A stretch of 64,000 bases of DNA. It comes from Candidatus Latescibacterota bacterium (GTDB lineage: Bacteria; Latescibacterota; UBA2968; UBA8231). The notes beneath the pieces are model-generated. The model saw only the letters and a program-made list of their open reading frames with translations, ran no database searches and had not been told where the DNA came from. The position numbers and the translations under genes are program-made. The DNA is taken from NCBI GenBank assembly GCA_965215195.1, contig CBDCDC010000002.1, positions 704,001 through 768,000 of the forward strand. The letters run 5' to 3'. This document shows positions 52,501 to 61,712 of the stretch, piece after piece (position 1 is the first letter of the stretch; every line of letters starts with the position of its first letter).

Positions 52501-53768
52501 GGGCGGCCGTCGCCGGCGAGCTGACCGAGGTCGATAAAATCCGAGCGCAACACCACCTGCGCGGGATAGCCCGGCGAGAACAACATCAACTCCATGGGGT
52601 GGGAAAACCAGCCGCTATCGGTCAGCGAATGCCAGAACAAGTAGCGGATCTTGCGCGGAGCAAATACGTAGCGGTGGTGACGCAAGGCCCACTCCGCGCT
52701 GGTGACCGGCCTTGGCTCAAAAATCAGCGGCGTGTAGTCGATATCCCCGGCAATGGTGCGCCGCCCATCGGAAAAGAGAATTTGGTAGCCAGTACCGGCC
52801 TGTAACCCCTCGAACAGGAAACTCGACTGGCCCTCGCCGCGATGCTGCCAGTAGATAAATGCCTCGTCGAGCCAGAACAGCGCACCCAGATCAACAGCCC
52901 ACCACACCCCGCTCTCGCGCCAGCCGCCTTTGGTCTGGACGGTAAATATATTGCCGTACGTGTCGGTGATGCCGTCGAACATATTTTGTGGCTCGCGCGC
53001 CAACAGCCCGTTGTCAAAGCTGCCTCCGCGCGCCAAGACCCCAAGGCTTATGTTGTCGCCGGCGGCCGTCACCTCCACTTCGGCCAAGGCCGCGTCCACG
53101 CTCTTTTCGTCGGCGCGTACGCGCACAAAGCGCACCATGCGGAAGGTGTTCAGCGAGTCCGGCTCCAGCCCGAGGTTTTCGTCGATGACCCGCGTTACGT
53201 CGCGCTCGCCAATTAGCTCTATATCGACGATCTGCTCTTGGTTGGGCTGGGTCGTCTGAAAGGCTTGGTCGAACTTGAAGACATCGTCCGTGGCCTGAAT
53301 GCGCGCACCATTGGCCGTGAAAACGCTGAATTGCCGCCAGGGACGCGCCCCGGCGCGGTCGGGAAACACCAAGCGGATGCGCTCGGCTAGCACGGGCCGC
53401 CCCAAGTCAATGGTCACCACCCAATCGACTAGATCGTCGGACGGGCTAGGCCGCCAGATCGTCTCCAGATTCCCGTCCATGACGCGCCGGGCCGCCGTCG
53501 GATTGGAGCCGGCCTGCCAGATCCCTCCGGTGACCTTGCCACGGGTCCGGGTGGGCTGGGTGAAGAGGTGGGCATCGAGAGTCGCGTTGATCTGCTTGCG
53601 GAATTTCCTCAGTTCCAGCGAGCCGTCGTCGGCAAACTGGACGATATCCACCGGAACCTCCCACGTCGCCCACTCGGCCGGGGTGTCGAAGCGGACTTCC
53701 TCCGCTCGGCTCGGACCGCAGATGAACAGGCCCATCAGCAAACAGCAAACCCCGCGTTTTCTCCGCAT
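49584..53768 (-). CDS. In-frame fusion: exported xAY-family FlgD-Ig protein + His-rich polytopic membrane domain + TPRs
   Basis: Signal peptide and full-length similarity to 53770-56196 up to FSPNGDGIND...VVPGVY...GQVVRT, then QKWIISPFGDL, GHHLPGF, QHYG, HDIQY, LHYYFDG and about 6 TPRs. Confidence 0.8.
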   Translation of the reverse strand: MRRKRGVCCLLMGLFICGPSRAEEVRFDTPAEWATWEVPVDIVQFADDGSLELRKFRKQINATLDAHLFTQPTRTRGKVTGGIWQAGSNPTAARRVMDGNLETIWRPSPSDDLVDWVVTIDLGRPVLAERIRLVFPDRAGARPWRQFSVFTANGARIQATDDVFKFDQAFQTTQPNQEQIVDIELIGERDVTRVIDENLGLEPDSLNTFRMVRFVRVRADEKSVDAALAEVEVTAAGDNISLGVLARGGSFDNGLLAREPQNMFDGITDTYGNIFTVQTKGGWRESGVWWAVDLGALFWLDEAFIYWQHRGEGQSSFLFEGLQAGTGYQILFSDGRRTIAGDIDYTPLIFEPRPVTSAEWALRHHRYVFAPRKIRYLFWHSLTDSGWFSHPMELMLFSPGYPAQVVLRSDFIDLGQLAGDGRPKAIKHLRWEATTPDQTRLQVRSRTGNTLQELYAFYDKKGEQVTETRYNSLPKVIRGPIDTTVAVGPDWGAWSNFYQFSGEAFKSETPRRFIQLELILSTEDPAVAPVLHALALDFEDALVSQAAGQIAPRHAVPNAAMQFTYALQTHAAEGDSGFDRLRFSTPSAVDAADVRLWIGGVAREASGVRVAGDSLLFVDLPETVRTDSLAVAFTTKVLRNATVFAADLGQEARPGLWQSVEAAERQANLVFLPDLPGSARLIGDLQLVPPVFSPNGDGINDHVQIRFALFKAVDATPSVRIFDVAGREVAVLASSGAGVLQSFSWGGLDAWGVRVVPGVYVCRIDAGADAGQGQVVRTLDQKWIISPFGDLFFFIGTPLLCLVTMLPLRAAFDSQTIAFYALALFATGHHLPGFMRAYGDPELFSTFKEKFIVAPIVVLVVTALAQFNTLHGLFLVVLVWEIWHLFMQHYGIMRIYDAKNKIFSKLNSRLDWLLTLCAFVTVVIYSPEYFHRILDHNQRVGVPFLSAELTFLLKKVLFYCTMVVLAAYLANIVQRAVTGQKISLPKIAVMATTVFIIYYGWIHINDLVIGYAAFAVFHDIQYFAIVWIYNNNLVKRQERTTKLLRTFFTTRTLPILVAYVLVCFAYGSINMMEGFLKSEQAIKMVEIFVITSTLLHYYFDGFIWKIRDRKNQANLGINAEEGSNRIGLPALPSGLVSYLREAGRQVAYFAVPVVMLSLFQFYWTADEAEAREKMVELFPDLAGAHNNLGVFYARQGDWEKAAGEYRRALALDAGAYEAHKNLGLLYVRQGLLDKAHIHYQQAIDRKPRYVEALNAQGLVFLQRGEFAKAEERFREALAEFDYAPAYNNLGTAHLQMGDLPQAIDAYEKAVALDRADASHHFNLGLALQKAGENEGAVTAFTQAIALQPRHTKAYLSMALSHQRLGHLAAARQTLQQLLAVEPNHATAARLLARL

Positions 53769-53769
53769 A

Positions 53770-56196
53770 TTAGTAGGCCACCTCGACGACGCGCAGTTCA
53801 ATGGCGTCGCCCGAGTCGGCGTTTGCGTCTATGCGCCAGAGATAGATGCCCGGGGGCACAATCGCACCGGCCGCATCTTGGCCATTCCACCTAAAGCGGC
53901 GGGTCGGTCCCTCTGAGACCGGCGTCAATTGGGCCACTGGCCGGCCGACCAAGTCGCGCACCTCAACCATGGGCACCGCACCTTGGGCCTTGAATACCAC
54001 GAAGCTCAGTTCCACAGCGTCGTTGACGCCATCGCCATTGGGCGTGAGCACCCGGCTCGAAAGCTGCAAGCTGCCAATCAAGCGATCGCTGTCGGCCAGT
54101 TCGGGCAGCAGCACCACATTGGAGCGGCGCGCGGCCGGCTCGACGTCCTGCCACAGACCGGGCGCGTCGCTCAGGCCCAAATCGGCTTCTACGACCGCGG
54201 CATTCCGCACTAGCTGAGTGGTGAAGGCAACCTGCACGGAGTCGCCTTGGACCACCTGCGGCAAGTCGATCAGCAGCGAATCCGCTGCAATGTTTAGGGC
54301 GGCCGGTGCAACCACCTGACCGGCGACCATCACCTCAATCTCATCGGCCCGCACCAAGTCGGGCACGACCAAGCGCAGGCGATCAAAGCCCGTGTTCTGC
54401 GGGATCGCGGACGGCCATAGCATATAGGTGAAACGGGTGGCCTCGTTGGGCTTGGCTTGGCGCGGCAGAATCGACCCGTGCGCCTCGTTGACCAGCGCAT
54501 CGACGAACTCCAGCTCGACCGAGCGCACTGTAGGAGCCACCTCTGGGTCTTCCGTGCTCATAACCAACTCTAGCTGCACGAACTTGCGCGGCGAGTCCGA
54601 CTTAAACGGCTCGCCCGACAGCTTGTACAGATTGCTCCACGCGCTCCAATCCTCCCCGACGACGACCGAGGTATCCACGCGGCCGCGCAGCACCTTGGGC
54701 GAGCTTTTCCACTTCTCTTCGGTTACGACCTCGCCAATTTTGTTGTGAAAGGTGTACACCTCGCCCATCTCATTGCCCGAGCGAGAGCGCAGCTCGATCT
54801 GGGTATTGGGCGGCAGATCGGCGTCGTAGTGGAGGGCCTTGATCACCTTGGGCTGCCCGTCGCCAGCGAGCGCGCTTAGGTCTAAAAAATGCGATTGAAT
54901 GACGACTTCGGCCGGGTGGCCCGGGGAAAACATCTGTAGCTCCATGGGATGGGCGCGCCAGCCCAAGTCGTGCAGGGCCAGCCAGAAGATGTGCCGCACC
55001 TTGCGCGGGTTAAACAAATACCGGTAGTGCCGCTTGTATTGCTCGCGGGGATTGGTCCACTCCGGCTCAAAAATCCACGTGTCAAAGTCAATGTCGCCGG
55101 TCAGGGTCTTGGTGCCGTCGGAAGAGAAAAAGGTGTACCCCGTGCCGGCGTTGTTGGTGCCCAAGCGGAAGTCGGCGAGGCGCTCGCCGGCCTTTTGCCA
55201 ATAGACGAACGCGTCGTCAATCCAATAAGTCGCCCCCAGATCCACCTGCCACCACAAGCCCCCTTCAAAGGCCGTGCCGCGCGACTCGGTAAACTGCTGA
55301 TGCACCTCAATGACCCCGTACGTATTGAGGTTGCCGTCGAGCCAGAAGAAGGGGTCGGTCGCCCGCGAGCCATTGATGTACGTGCCGCCCTTTTCCTCGA
55401 CCCCAAGGCTGATGTTGTCGCCGACGGCAATGACCTCAATTTCGGCGAGCGCGCCGTCGAGCTGATGCTCATCCACGAGGAAGCGGATGAACTGGATCAT
55501 CTGCCACTTGGAGTTAGCGGCCACCCGCGAATCCGCTTGGCCGGTCGCCGTTGCGGTGTTGGCCTTGAATCTGAATAAGTCCACGGTAAAATCGTCGCGA
55601 CCGCTGACATTGCTTAGTTGTTCGACCGCACGGGTGGTATCCTCCACGGCCGGCTTGAAGCCAAAACTGACATACGCATCCAAATTGGGCTTGGTCGTGC
55701 GATAGACCGGCGCGAAGCGAAATACGTCCTCCAAGGCCGCTACGTGGGCACCCGTAGAGGCGAAAACGCTGAACTGGCGAAAGGGCTTGGCCCCTTCCTG
55801 ATCGGGAAAGTGAATGCGGATCTCTTTGGCCAATACCGCGCGGCCCAAGTCGATTTGCACGATCCACTTGTCGAGCGGGTCGCCGCTAGCTGGCTGCCAA
55901 AAGGTGGTGGCATCCCCGTCGATGATCCGGGGGGCATCGTTTGGATTACTCAGCGCAGACCAAACGCCGCCGGCCACATCCCCGCGCTCTTTTGTCGGGT
56001 GAATGAAGAGGTGGGCGTCGAGCGCGGCGTTGATGTCCTTGCGGAACTTGACTAGCCCCAAGTGCCCCTGCGGGGTGAAGACGTTTAACTGCGGCTTGAG
56101 CGACCAGTTGGCCTCCCAAGTCGCTGGGCTGTCGAAGGTGAGGAATTCGGCGTAAGCCCCACAAGGCAGGAGCAGGGCCAGAGCAAGTTTGTGCAT
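53770..56196 (-). CDS. Large exported protein with discoidin-like IDLG repeats and C-terminal FlgD-Ig ending VAY
   Basis: Signal peptide MHKLALALLL, IDGDATTFW, IDLGR, VDLGA, GFDRL, LTPNGDGVND, WNGQD..G..VPPGIY, VAY*. Confidence 0.85.
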   Translation of the reverse strand: MHKLALALLLPCGAYAEFLTFDSPATWEANWSLKPQLNVFTPQGHLGLVKFRKDINAALDAHLFIHPTKERGDVAGGVWSALSNPNDAPRIIDGDATTFWQPASGDPLDKWIVQIDLGRAVLAKEIRIHFPDQEGAKPFRQFSVFASTGAHVAALEDVFRFAPVYRTTKPNLDAYVSFGFKPAVEDTTRAVEQLSNVSGRDDFTVDLFRFKANTATATGQADSRVAANSKWQMIQFIRFLVDEHQLDGALAEIEVIAVGDNISLGVEEKGGTYINGSRATDPFFWLDGNLNTYGVIEVHQQFTESRGTAFEGGLWWQVDLGATYWIDDAFVYWQKAGERLADFRLGTNNAGTGYTFFSSDGTKTLTGDIDFDTWIFEPEWTNPREQYKRHYRYLFNPRKVRHIFWLALHDLGWRAHPMELQMFSPGHPAEVVIQSHFLDLSALAGDGQPKVIKALHYDADLPPNTQIELRSRSGNEMGEVYTFHNKIGEVVTEEKWKSSPKVLRGRVDTSVVVGEDWSAWSNLYKLSGEPFKSDSPRKFVQLELVMSTEDPEVAPTVRSVELEFVDALVNEAHGSILPRQAKPNEATRFTYMLWPSAIPQNTGFDRLRLVVPDLVRADEIEVMVAGQVVAPAALNIAADSLLIDLPQVVQGDSVQVAFTTQLVRNAAVVEADLGLSDAPGLWQDVEPAARRSNVVLLPELADSDRLIGSLQLSSRVLTPNGDGVNDAVELSFVVFKAQGAVPMVEVRDLVGRPVAQLTPVSEGPTRRFRWNGQDAAGAIVPPGIYLWRIDANADSGDAIELRVVEVAY

Positions 56197-56283
56197 AGTG
56201 TGGTCTCGCTGGTAAGGGGAGCGATGTTCGCGCAAGAGAGAGATAGAATATAGTGAATACTGGAATAGGAATAAATAAGCGGC

Positions 56284-59200
56284 CTAGCGCAGGAGCACCA
56301 TGCGCCGCGTCTGGGTCTGCGGGAGGCCGCCGGCCAGCGGGCGCACCCGCAAGCGGTACACATATACCCCCGACGCCACCGGACGACCCGACCCATCCTG
56401 ACCGTCCCACACCACCGCGTGCTGCCCTCCCGACTGGGCTTCACCCACCAGTTGAATGACCCGTTGACCCAGCATGTCGTAAATGACCAACTCAACCGCC
56501 GCCGCTTGTGGTACGTCGTAGCGGATCCGCGTAGTGGGATTGAAGGGGTTGGGCGCGTTGGGATGCAGGACGAAGCGCTCCGGGGGGGGCGGAGCGAAAG
56601 CATCCTCGACCGAGGTGGGGAGACCGACCCACTCAACCGCTACAACCGAGAGCTTGGGCACGCCGTCGCGGTCGGCAAGGAAGGCGATACGCGTACCGTC
56701 GGGAGACCACGCCGGGGCCGCCGGCCAAGCCGGCCACGGCAGGCGGGTAATATGAAGGCCAGCGTAGGCATCCACGAGGTGGATATTCGTCCGGTAGCTG
56801 CGGTCGGAGACAAAGGCGATATAGCGGCCATCGGGAGACCACGCCGGGAGCCGGTCGTCGCTGGGATGCCGCGTCAAGTTGATGAGCGTACCGCCATCGG
56901 CGTCCATGCAGTAGATTTCCCCATTGCCGTCGCGACGAGATCGGAAGGCGAGGCGGCTACCGTCGGGAGACCACGCGGGTGAACCGTCGTAATGTCCGTG
57001 TTGGGTCAGGTTGGTAAGGCTGCCGCCCTTAGCTTTGACCACATAAATATCCCACGCACTGTATCGGTAGGCTTGGAAGGCAAGCCGGGTGCCGTCAGGA
57101 GACCACGCCGGAGAATCATTCCACGCGGGACGCTGTGTCAGATTGGCACGGTGGTCGCCGTCGGCGTTTATCACGTACAATCCCCGATTGCCGTCGTGCT
57201 CAGAAATGAAGGCGAGGCGGCCGCCATCGGGAGACCACGCCGGCGACGAGTCTTGGGCCGGATGTTGGGTTACGTTGAAGAGGTGATCGCCATTCACATC
57301 AACCGTGTAAATCTCTTCGTTGCCAGCGCGAGCAGAGACAAAGGCGAGGCGGCCACCGTCAGGAGACCACGCCGGCGACGAGTCTTGGGCCGGATGTTGG
57401 GTTACGTTGAAGAGGTGATCGCCATTCACATCAACCGTGTAAATCTCTTCGTTGCCAGCGCGAGCAGAGACAAAGGCGAGGCGGCCACCGTCGGGAGACC
57501 ATGAGAAAAGCGAGTCTTTACCGAGGTCAGGTGTAAGGCTGACGGGGATGCCCAAGACCAATTCGGTGTGGGGTGGCCCTCGGTCGGTGGTGCCTTGCAG
57601 CCGGAGCTTGTAGCGCGGCGTGTGCAGATCATTGGAGACGATGACGAGCGTCTCCGCAAAGGTGCCCAAGGCCGTAGGCGAGTAGAAAACCGCGACGGGA
57701 TGGCGGCCGCCCGGGGCCACTTTGAACGACCGCTCCGCAACGCCGAAGGGGGCCAACACCCGCACAGCCGACACCCGCAGCGTATCCGCGGCCGAAGCCG
57801 CATTGCTCACGGTAAAGGTCCACGCGCTCACCGAACCCACCCGCTGCGCACCAAAGTGGTAGGAGCCGCTGGCGTCGAGGCGCATCTCGGGCTGCTCGTC
57901 GAGGGCTTGGCCACGCAGGCTGATGGTCACTTGGGGGCGGTTGGGATCATTGGAACGAAGCGCCAACGGACGAAGGTGCCGCCCAGCCGCCAGCGGATGG
58001 TATAGTACGCGCACCGCTTGGCGGCCCCCCTGAGGCACCGTGAAGGCCATCGGCTCAGCCGTAAAAGGCAAGCCCGTAATGACCTCAACTCGCAGCGTAT
58101 CTCGCCCTGTGTTGCCCACCTCCAGCGTCCACGCCTCGCCTGCACGGGCGAACACTGTGCCGAAATCGTAGAAGGACGCGCTAGTCGACAAGGTCATTTT
58201 GGCCGCTGTGGGAACAGCCGTACCCCAGAGCCGGATCCTCGCTTCGGGCGCGTTAGAGCGGAGGACGAGCGTCTGAGCAGAGAAGCCCGGTTGGGTGGGG
58301 GCGTAGGTAACGACGAGCGGCTGGCGGCCGCCGGGGGCTAGATCAAAAGACTCCATGGAGACGCCGTAGGGCGGCGCGACCTCCACCGCCTCTACGCGCA
58401 GCGTATCAGCCGCCGAAGCCGGATTGTGTACAATGAGAGTCCACTCGGATACAGCCCCCACCCATTGATACCCGAATTTGTGCGGGACGCTGGTGTCGAG
58501 TGCCCCCCAAGTCGGTACGACGAATTCCGCTGCGTAGATGTTATCATCGCGCTCGGAGACGAAGGCAATACGAGTGCCGTCAGGAGACCAAACCGGCGAT
58601 GCGCCTCGTCCCAAGTCGGCAGGGTTTCTGCCGTCGGCATCCATGACGTAAATACGTCGGTACTCGCTGCGTAAGTGAAGGATACGGGTGCCGTCGGGAG
58701 ACCAAACCGGAGACCAATCGTTAGAGGGGCTGGGTGTCAGGTTGGTGAGATTGCCCCCGTCGGCATCCACGACGTAAATATCCCCGTTGCCAGCGCGATT
58801 GGCGGTAAAGGCGATACGGCGGCCGTCGGGAGACCAAACCGGAGACCAATCGTTAGAGGGGTTTGATGTCAGGTTGGTGAGATTGCCCCCGTCGGCATCC
58901 ACGACGTAAATCTCTCCGTTGCCAGCGCGCCGGGAGACGAAGGCGATACGGCGGCCGTCAGGAGACCAAACCGGAGACTCATCGGGACCCGGGTCGCGGG
59001 TCAAGTTGAGCAGATTTCCCCCATCGGCATCCACGACGTAAATCTCCCCATTGCCGTCGCGCCAAGACTCGAAGGCAATGCGAGTGCCGTCAGGAGACCA
59101 CGCCGGACCCCCATCGCGCGCAAAGTGGCGGGTCAGGTTGGCGGGAACCCCCCCGTCGGCACCCACGACGTAAATCTCCCCCTTGCCGTCGCGCCAAGAC

Positions 59201-59517
59201 TCGAAGGCGATACGGCGGCCGTCAGGAGACCAAACCGGAGACCAGTCAATAGAACGGCGTTGCGTCAAGTTGATAGGGAGCCCGCCATTGGCATCAACAA
59301 CATAGACATCATAATTGTCATCGCGCTGGGAGACGAAGGCGATACGGGTGCCGTCAGGAGACCAAATTAGAGACTCACTCCCAGTGAGGTTCTGCGTCAG
59401 CTTGGTGGGGAATTGCAAATACGGATCGAGGTGAGCCAAGAGAACCAGCGTGGACCGCTTCCCGTAACAGGGCGCAATAGTCAGAGTCAGCAGAGCACAG
59501 CAGTAAATGAGAGCCAT
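56284..59517 (-). CDS. TolB-like PD40-repeat protein with three ASH/choice-of-anchor-D-like Ig domains and FlgD-Ig tail
   Basis: Many WSPDGxRIAF repeats in two blocks; FGTV..TLEVGNTGRDTLRV..LRSNDP; PNAPNPFNPTT...WDGQD...MVLLR. Confidence 0.9.
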   Translation of the reverse strand: MALIYCCALLTLTIAPCYGKRSTLVLLAHLDPYLQFPTKLTQNLTGSESLIWSPDGTRIAFVSQRDDNYDVYVVDANGGLPINLTQRRSIDWSPVWSPDGRRIAFESWRDGKGEIYVVGADGGVPANLTRHFARDGGPAWSPDGTRIAFESWRDGNGEIYVVDADGGNLLNLTRDPGPDESPVWSPDGRRIAFVSRRAGNGEIYVVDADGGNLTNLTSNPSNDWSPVWSPDGRRIAFTANRAGNGDIYVVDADGGNLTNLTPSPSNDWSPVWSPDGTRILHLRSEYRRIYVMDADGRNPADLGRGASPVWSPDGTRIAFVSERDDNIYAAEFVVPTWGALDTSVPHKFGYQWVGAVSEWTLIVHNPASAADTLRVEAVEVAPPYGVSMESFDLAPGGRQPLVVTYAPTQPGFSAQTLVLRSNAPEARIRLWGTAVPTAAKMTLSTSASFYDFGTVFARAGEAWTLEVGNTGRDTLRVEVITGLPFTAEPMAFTVPQGGRQAVRVLYHPLAAGRHLRPLALRSNDPNRPQVTISLRGQALDEQPEMRLDASGSYHFGAQRVGSVSAWTFTVSNAASAADTLRVSAVRVLAPFGVAERSFKVAPGGRHPVAVFYSPTALGTFAETLVIVSNDLHTPRYKLRLQGTTDRGPPHTELVLGIPVSLTPDLGKDSLFSWSPDGGRLAFVSARAGNEEIYTVDVNGDHLFNVTQHPAQDSSPAWSPDGGRLAFVSARAGNEEIYTVDVNGDHLFNVTQHPAQDSSPAWSPDGGRLAFISEHDGNRGLYVINADGDHRANLTQRPAWNDSPAWSPDGTRLAFQAYRYSAWDIYVVKAKGGSLTNLTQHGHYDGSPAWSPDGSRLAFRSRRDGNGEIYCMDADGGTLINLTRHPSDDRLPAWSPDGRYIAFVSDRSYRTNIHLVDAYAGLHITRLPWPAWPAAPAWSPDGTRIAFLADRDGVPKLSVVAVEWVGLPTSVEDAFAPPPPERFVLHPNAPNPFNPTTRIRYDVPQAAAVELVIYDMLGQRVIQLVGEAQSGGQHAVVWDGQDGSGRPVASGVYVYRLRVRPLAGGLPQTQTRRMVLLR

Positions 59518-59631
59518 AGAACACTCCCTGAACGCCCTAGTAGGCTCGCCTTTCTGCTCTATCTCACTAGCTCAATCTTCTTGGTCAAAGTTTGCTCTTC
59601 TACGATAATATCGGAGCTTTCGACCAAATCA

Positions 59632-61677
59632 TTAATATGCGATACCGACCGCCCTCAATTGCAGATCGCTGGCGTCTTCGGCTTCAATCTCAATGCCCAA
59701 GAGATACACCCCCGGGGCGAGCGCCTCACCGCGCTGGTCGCGGCCGTCCCAGCGCAAGCGCTGGGGGCCAGACCCTTGCTGGCCGCGCTGGACTTGCGCC
59801 ACCCGGCGGCCGTCCAGCGAGAACACCTGCAGCTGTACGGGCACTGATTGCGGCAGGGCGAAGAGCGAGTAGGAAATGACTAGCTCGTCGTTGACTCCGT
59901 CGCTGTTGGGGGTAATCACGCCGCTGGAGAACCGCACATCCTGTACCAACTGCGGATTGGCCGCGCTCGAGGCCAAGACGCGCAGGCTATTGGTGCCGAC
60001 CGCGTCGCTGACGTCCCCGCCTTCGATCGGCTGCGGCAGGTCCGCGCTGCCGGCATTGAAAACCTCCCCTTCAAAGGTGCGCGCAAAATCGAAGACTTTG
60101 GCGGAAAAAATCACCCGCAAATTAGGATTGTAGGCGCGGCTTATGCGCTGCGGCAGTTGCACGACAAAGCCGTCGTCCACAATCGCGAGCCCGGCCGGAT
60201 CCGTGGCGACCCCATCCACTTCCAGCCCCTCGAACTCGGTTTGCGCGCTGCCAGTGCTAATCCGCAGGGCGTCAAAACCCACTTCCCCAGCCGCGAAATC
60301 CGCCTTGACGTCGTAGGTGAAGCCCGTCCTTTCGCCCAAGGCGACCTCGGCCACGCCGCGCGCCGGGTTGGGTTGGCCGAGCTGGGCTATCTCGGCTAGG
60401 ACGCGGCGGGCCAAGATCGGCGAGGTCTCAATCCACAGGGAATCGAGGCGCACGAACTCGTCGAACCGCTCGCTGTGCAGCACCACCTTGATCTGCAAAT
60501 GCGACCCGCGATTGAGGTTGAGGGGCCGGTCGGACTCGGTCGTCGGAAAGGACCAGAACGTCCAGTTTTGTTGGTCGTACTCAATGCCAGCGCGGAGCCC
60601 TGGCTTGGGCCGGGTGGAAAGGGTCAAGGTTCCGCCCAAGCCATCGGCATTAGTAACGGCCGCACTTTGGTTTTTCAGCACGCCCTGATAGCGGGCCTGC
60701 TCCACGACGACGCGCGTCCCCATATCCGTAAACTCGTAGTAGATGTCTGGAACCGCGTCGATCCCGGTGCGCGCTTCGACCTCGATCTGCACGTTGGCGT
60801 CCGGGGCTTCCTCGGCCACGCCGTCGACTAGGCGCATAGGCGTGGCTTTCCAGAACAACCGCCCGAAGTTGACGACCGTGCCGAGGTCGAAAATGACCGT
60901 CTTGTACGTGGCCCGCTTGGGGATTCCCTCTCCCCAGAGGAAGAACTCGGCCACCGTCCCCTTGCGCGCCGTGCCCGAATGCCCGGACGACTGATTGGTC
61001 GCCTCGTCGAGGATCGAATTTTTGCGCTTGTAGCGCACGTAGCGCACGTATTGCAAGGGAAAATTTGCCGCGATCTTGGGGACGACGTTTTCGCGCGCCT
61101 CGGCGATCACTTCCCCGATGGGATTGGACGTGTGCAGCACGTCGTTGTTGGTGTCCGCAGCGATCGACACCTCAAAGGCCGGGATGGCGTCTTCCTCCAG
61201 CGGGGTTCCGTCCGAGCGGTAGAACCCCTTGTCCGGCGTGCTCATGGCAAAGCGAAACAGCGGCACCGGCACCCCCAAATCAATGGTGTAGTACTCGCTG
61301 GTAATGCTGTTGCTGGTCACCGGATTGTACGTCGCGCCATTGCCGTCGATGAGGTTGAGCGCGTTGTCAACCGTCGAAGAGGTGCCGGAGCCACCCTTCC
61401 AAGCGCGGGGCCGCTCCCCATCGACAAAACCCAGCTCGTCCGGGTTCTTTTTGGGCGACCAATTGTCGAGCAGGGGAAAGACCGTCGTATCCGCGCTGAC
61501 CAGCACCGGCTGGATCGAGTTGTTCGGTCCGGCAAAGTCAATCATTACTTGGGCCGAGTCGCTAGCGGCCCAGCTGAGGCCGCTGCCTCCGATCTGCCAC
61601 AAAGAAATGTCCGCGGCCGCGCTCGTAGCCGATGCGGCGGCGAGGAACCAAAGCCACAAATTCGCTAGACGTTTCAT
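59632..61677 (-). CDS. Third xAY-family exported FlgD-Ig protein (more divergent)
   Basis: Signal peptide, WQIGG, LIDG, TIDLG, FDLG..VNFG, ARTG, GFDAL, ITPNSDGVND, WDGRD..LAPGVY, IAY*. Confidence 0.85.
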   Translation of the reverse strand: MKRLANLWLWFLAAASATSAAADISLWQIGGSGLSWAASDSAQVMIDFAGPNNSIQPVLVSADTTVFPLLDNWSPKKNPDELGFVDGERPRAWKGGSGTSSTVDNALNLIDGNGATYNPVTSNSITSEYYTIDLGVPVPLFRFAMSTPDKGFYRSDGTPLEEDAIPAFEVSIAADTNNDVLHTSNPIGEVIAEARENVVPKIAANFPLQYVRYVRYKRKNSILDEATNQSSGHSGTARKGTVAEFFLWGEGIPKRATYKTVIFDLGTVVNFGRLFWKATPMRLVDGVAEEAPDANVQIEVEARTGIDAVPDIYYEFTDMGTRVVVEQARYQGVLKNQSAAVTNADGLGGTLTLSTRPKPGLRAGIEYDQQNWTFWSFPTTESDRPLNLNRGSHLQIKVVLHSERFDEFVRLDSLWIETSPILARRVLAEIAQLGQPNPARGVAEVALGERTGFTYDVKADFAAGEVGFDALRISTGSAQTEFEGLEVDGVATDPAGLAIVDDGFVVQLPQRISRAYNPNLRVIFSAKVFDFARTFEGEVFNAGSADLPQPIEGGDVSDAVGTNSLRVLASSAANPQLVQDVRFSSGVITPNSDGVNDELVISYSLFALPQSVPVQLQVFSLDGRRVAQVQRGQQGSGPQRLRWDGRDQRGEALAPGVYLLGIEIEAEDASDLQLRAVGIAY

Positions 61678-61712
61678 GTTGCTCTCTCCCGCTTGGCAAG
61701 AGTATAAAAAAT

